Source: an uncultured Gemmatimonadota bacterium (lineage in GTDB: Bacteria; JAAXHH01). From it: a DNA stretch of 64,000 nucleotides. The notes below the pieces were generated by a model that worked only from the letters and a program-made list of their open reading frames with translations, did no database searches and was not told where the DNA came from. The translations under genes and the position numbers were made by a program. The stretch is from positions 2,272,001-2,336,000 of the forward strand of contig OX638340.1 in the NCBI GenBank assembly GCA_951812955.1. Direction: 5' to 3'. Below, in pieces: positions 63,373-64,000 of the stretch (position 1 is the stretch's first letter; every line of letters begins with the position of its first letter).

Positions 63373-64000
63373 GTGAAAGCTCTGAGCTACCTGTTCATCG
63401 CAACGCTACTGGTTTTACCGGTCCAGCGGTCCCAGGCCGGCGTCGGTCAGGCCGGCGGACTGTTCCTGCAGATCGCGCCCGACGCGAGGTCCACGGCCAT
63501 GGGCGAGACCGGCGTTGCCCACGCCCGCGGCGCACAGGTCCCTGCGTGGAATCCCGGCGGACTGGGATACCTCGAGTACAACGGGCTTTCGGGAACCTAT
63601 TTCAAATGGCTGCCTTACCTGGCAGACGATCTCTACTACCTGCATTTCTCCTACGTGCGCCCGGTCGAAGGCATAGGCACATTCGGCGTCAGCGTTCCCT
63701 ATCTTTCATTGGGAGAACAGGAAAGAGTCAATGCGGCAGGGGACAGCCAGGGCACGTTCAGCAGTTCGGACATGGCGGTGTCCCTTTCTTACGGAACCCT
63801 TCTCAACGATCGCCTGGGAATCGGTTCCAATCTGAAGCTCATACGCAGCGCCCTGTCCGATGAGGACAATGGGGTGGGGACGAGTTTCGCCCTGGATATC
63901 GGAGTGACCGCCCGCGTCCTGCCTCGACTCACCTTGGCCGGCGTCGTGCAGAACCTGGGCAAGGATATCAAATATGTTGATCCGGACCAGGGAGATCCGC
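63373..64000 (+). CDS. PorV/PorQ-type outer-membrane beta-barrel protein (T9SS-associated family), N-terminal part; continues beyond window end
   Basis: Own translation from GTG 63373 (GGAGGAG upstream): VKALSYLFIATLLVLPVQRSQAGVGQAGGLFLQIAPDARSTAMGETGVAHARGAQVPAWNPGGLGYL...FALDIGVTARV...LAGVVQNLGKDIKY. Not in the ORF track (runs off the edge). Confidence 0.55.
   Translation, partial: MKALSYLFIATLLVLPVQRSQAGVGQAGGLFLQIAPDARSTAMGETGVAHARGAQVPAWNPGGLGYLEYNGLSGTYFKWLPYLADDLYYLHFSYVRPVEGIGTFGVSVPYLSLGEQERVNAAGDSQGTFSSSDMAVSLSYGTLLNDRLGIGSNLKLIRSALSDEDNGVGTSFALDIGVTARVLPRLTLAGVVQNLGKDIKYVDPDQGDP

Overview
High-GC (roughly 60-65% by eye) bacterial chromosomal segment, almost fully coding, from a diderm organism. 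Lipoproteins, a TolC-like OMP, a PorV-like barrel and GWxTD-like proteins suggest an FCB-group or Gemmatimonadota-like lineage (inference only). Left to right: partial metal RND-efflux genes; a vapC-phd TA pair; two MarR paralogues; glk-gpmI; htrA; lon; lipoprotein cytochrome c', VOC and Eis-like GNAT genes; a low-GC islet with a decayed AbrB/VapB-type gene and intact hicBA; LivJ-like SBP, DUF1330 and beta-lactamase-fold genes; a GH-like gene and an M29 aminopeptidase; two tandem TPR+GWxTD-like genes; Big_2 lipoproteins and orphan FtsX/MacB-type permeases (three permeases in the window, no ATPase); a hemX-like/sirC/hemA/hemC/cobA-hemD/(Zn-ribbon)/hemB/hemL operon; a class IV aminotransferase; era; a kinase-like gene; and a co-directional plus-strand cluster containing a translationally coupled nucleosidase-like / SPL-type radical SAM / SDR trio. 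Most notable: (1) a ~5 kb head-to-tail segmental duplication of the hemL-3'/Big_2/permease/TPR-5' block. It has a 2-nt microhomology junction, creates an in-frame chimeric ORF, and shows mosaic identity (100%, ~65-70%, ~97%). It sits inside a candidate envelope module (Big_2 lipoprotein + orphan permease + TPR-GWxTD-like proteins). (2) Recurrent short tandem duplications that span stop codons of unrelated genes. (3) The radical-SAM trio. No rRNA, tRNA, CRISPR array, transposase or integrase was recognised. All homology calls come from reading the translations, not from database searches.
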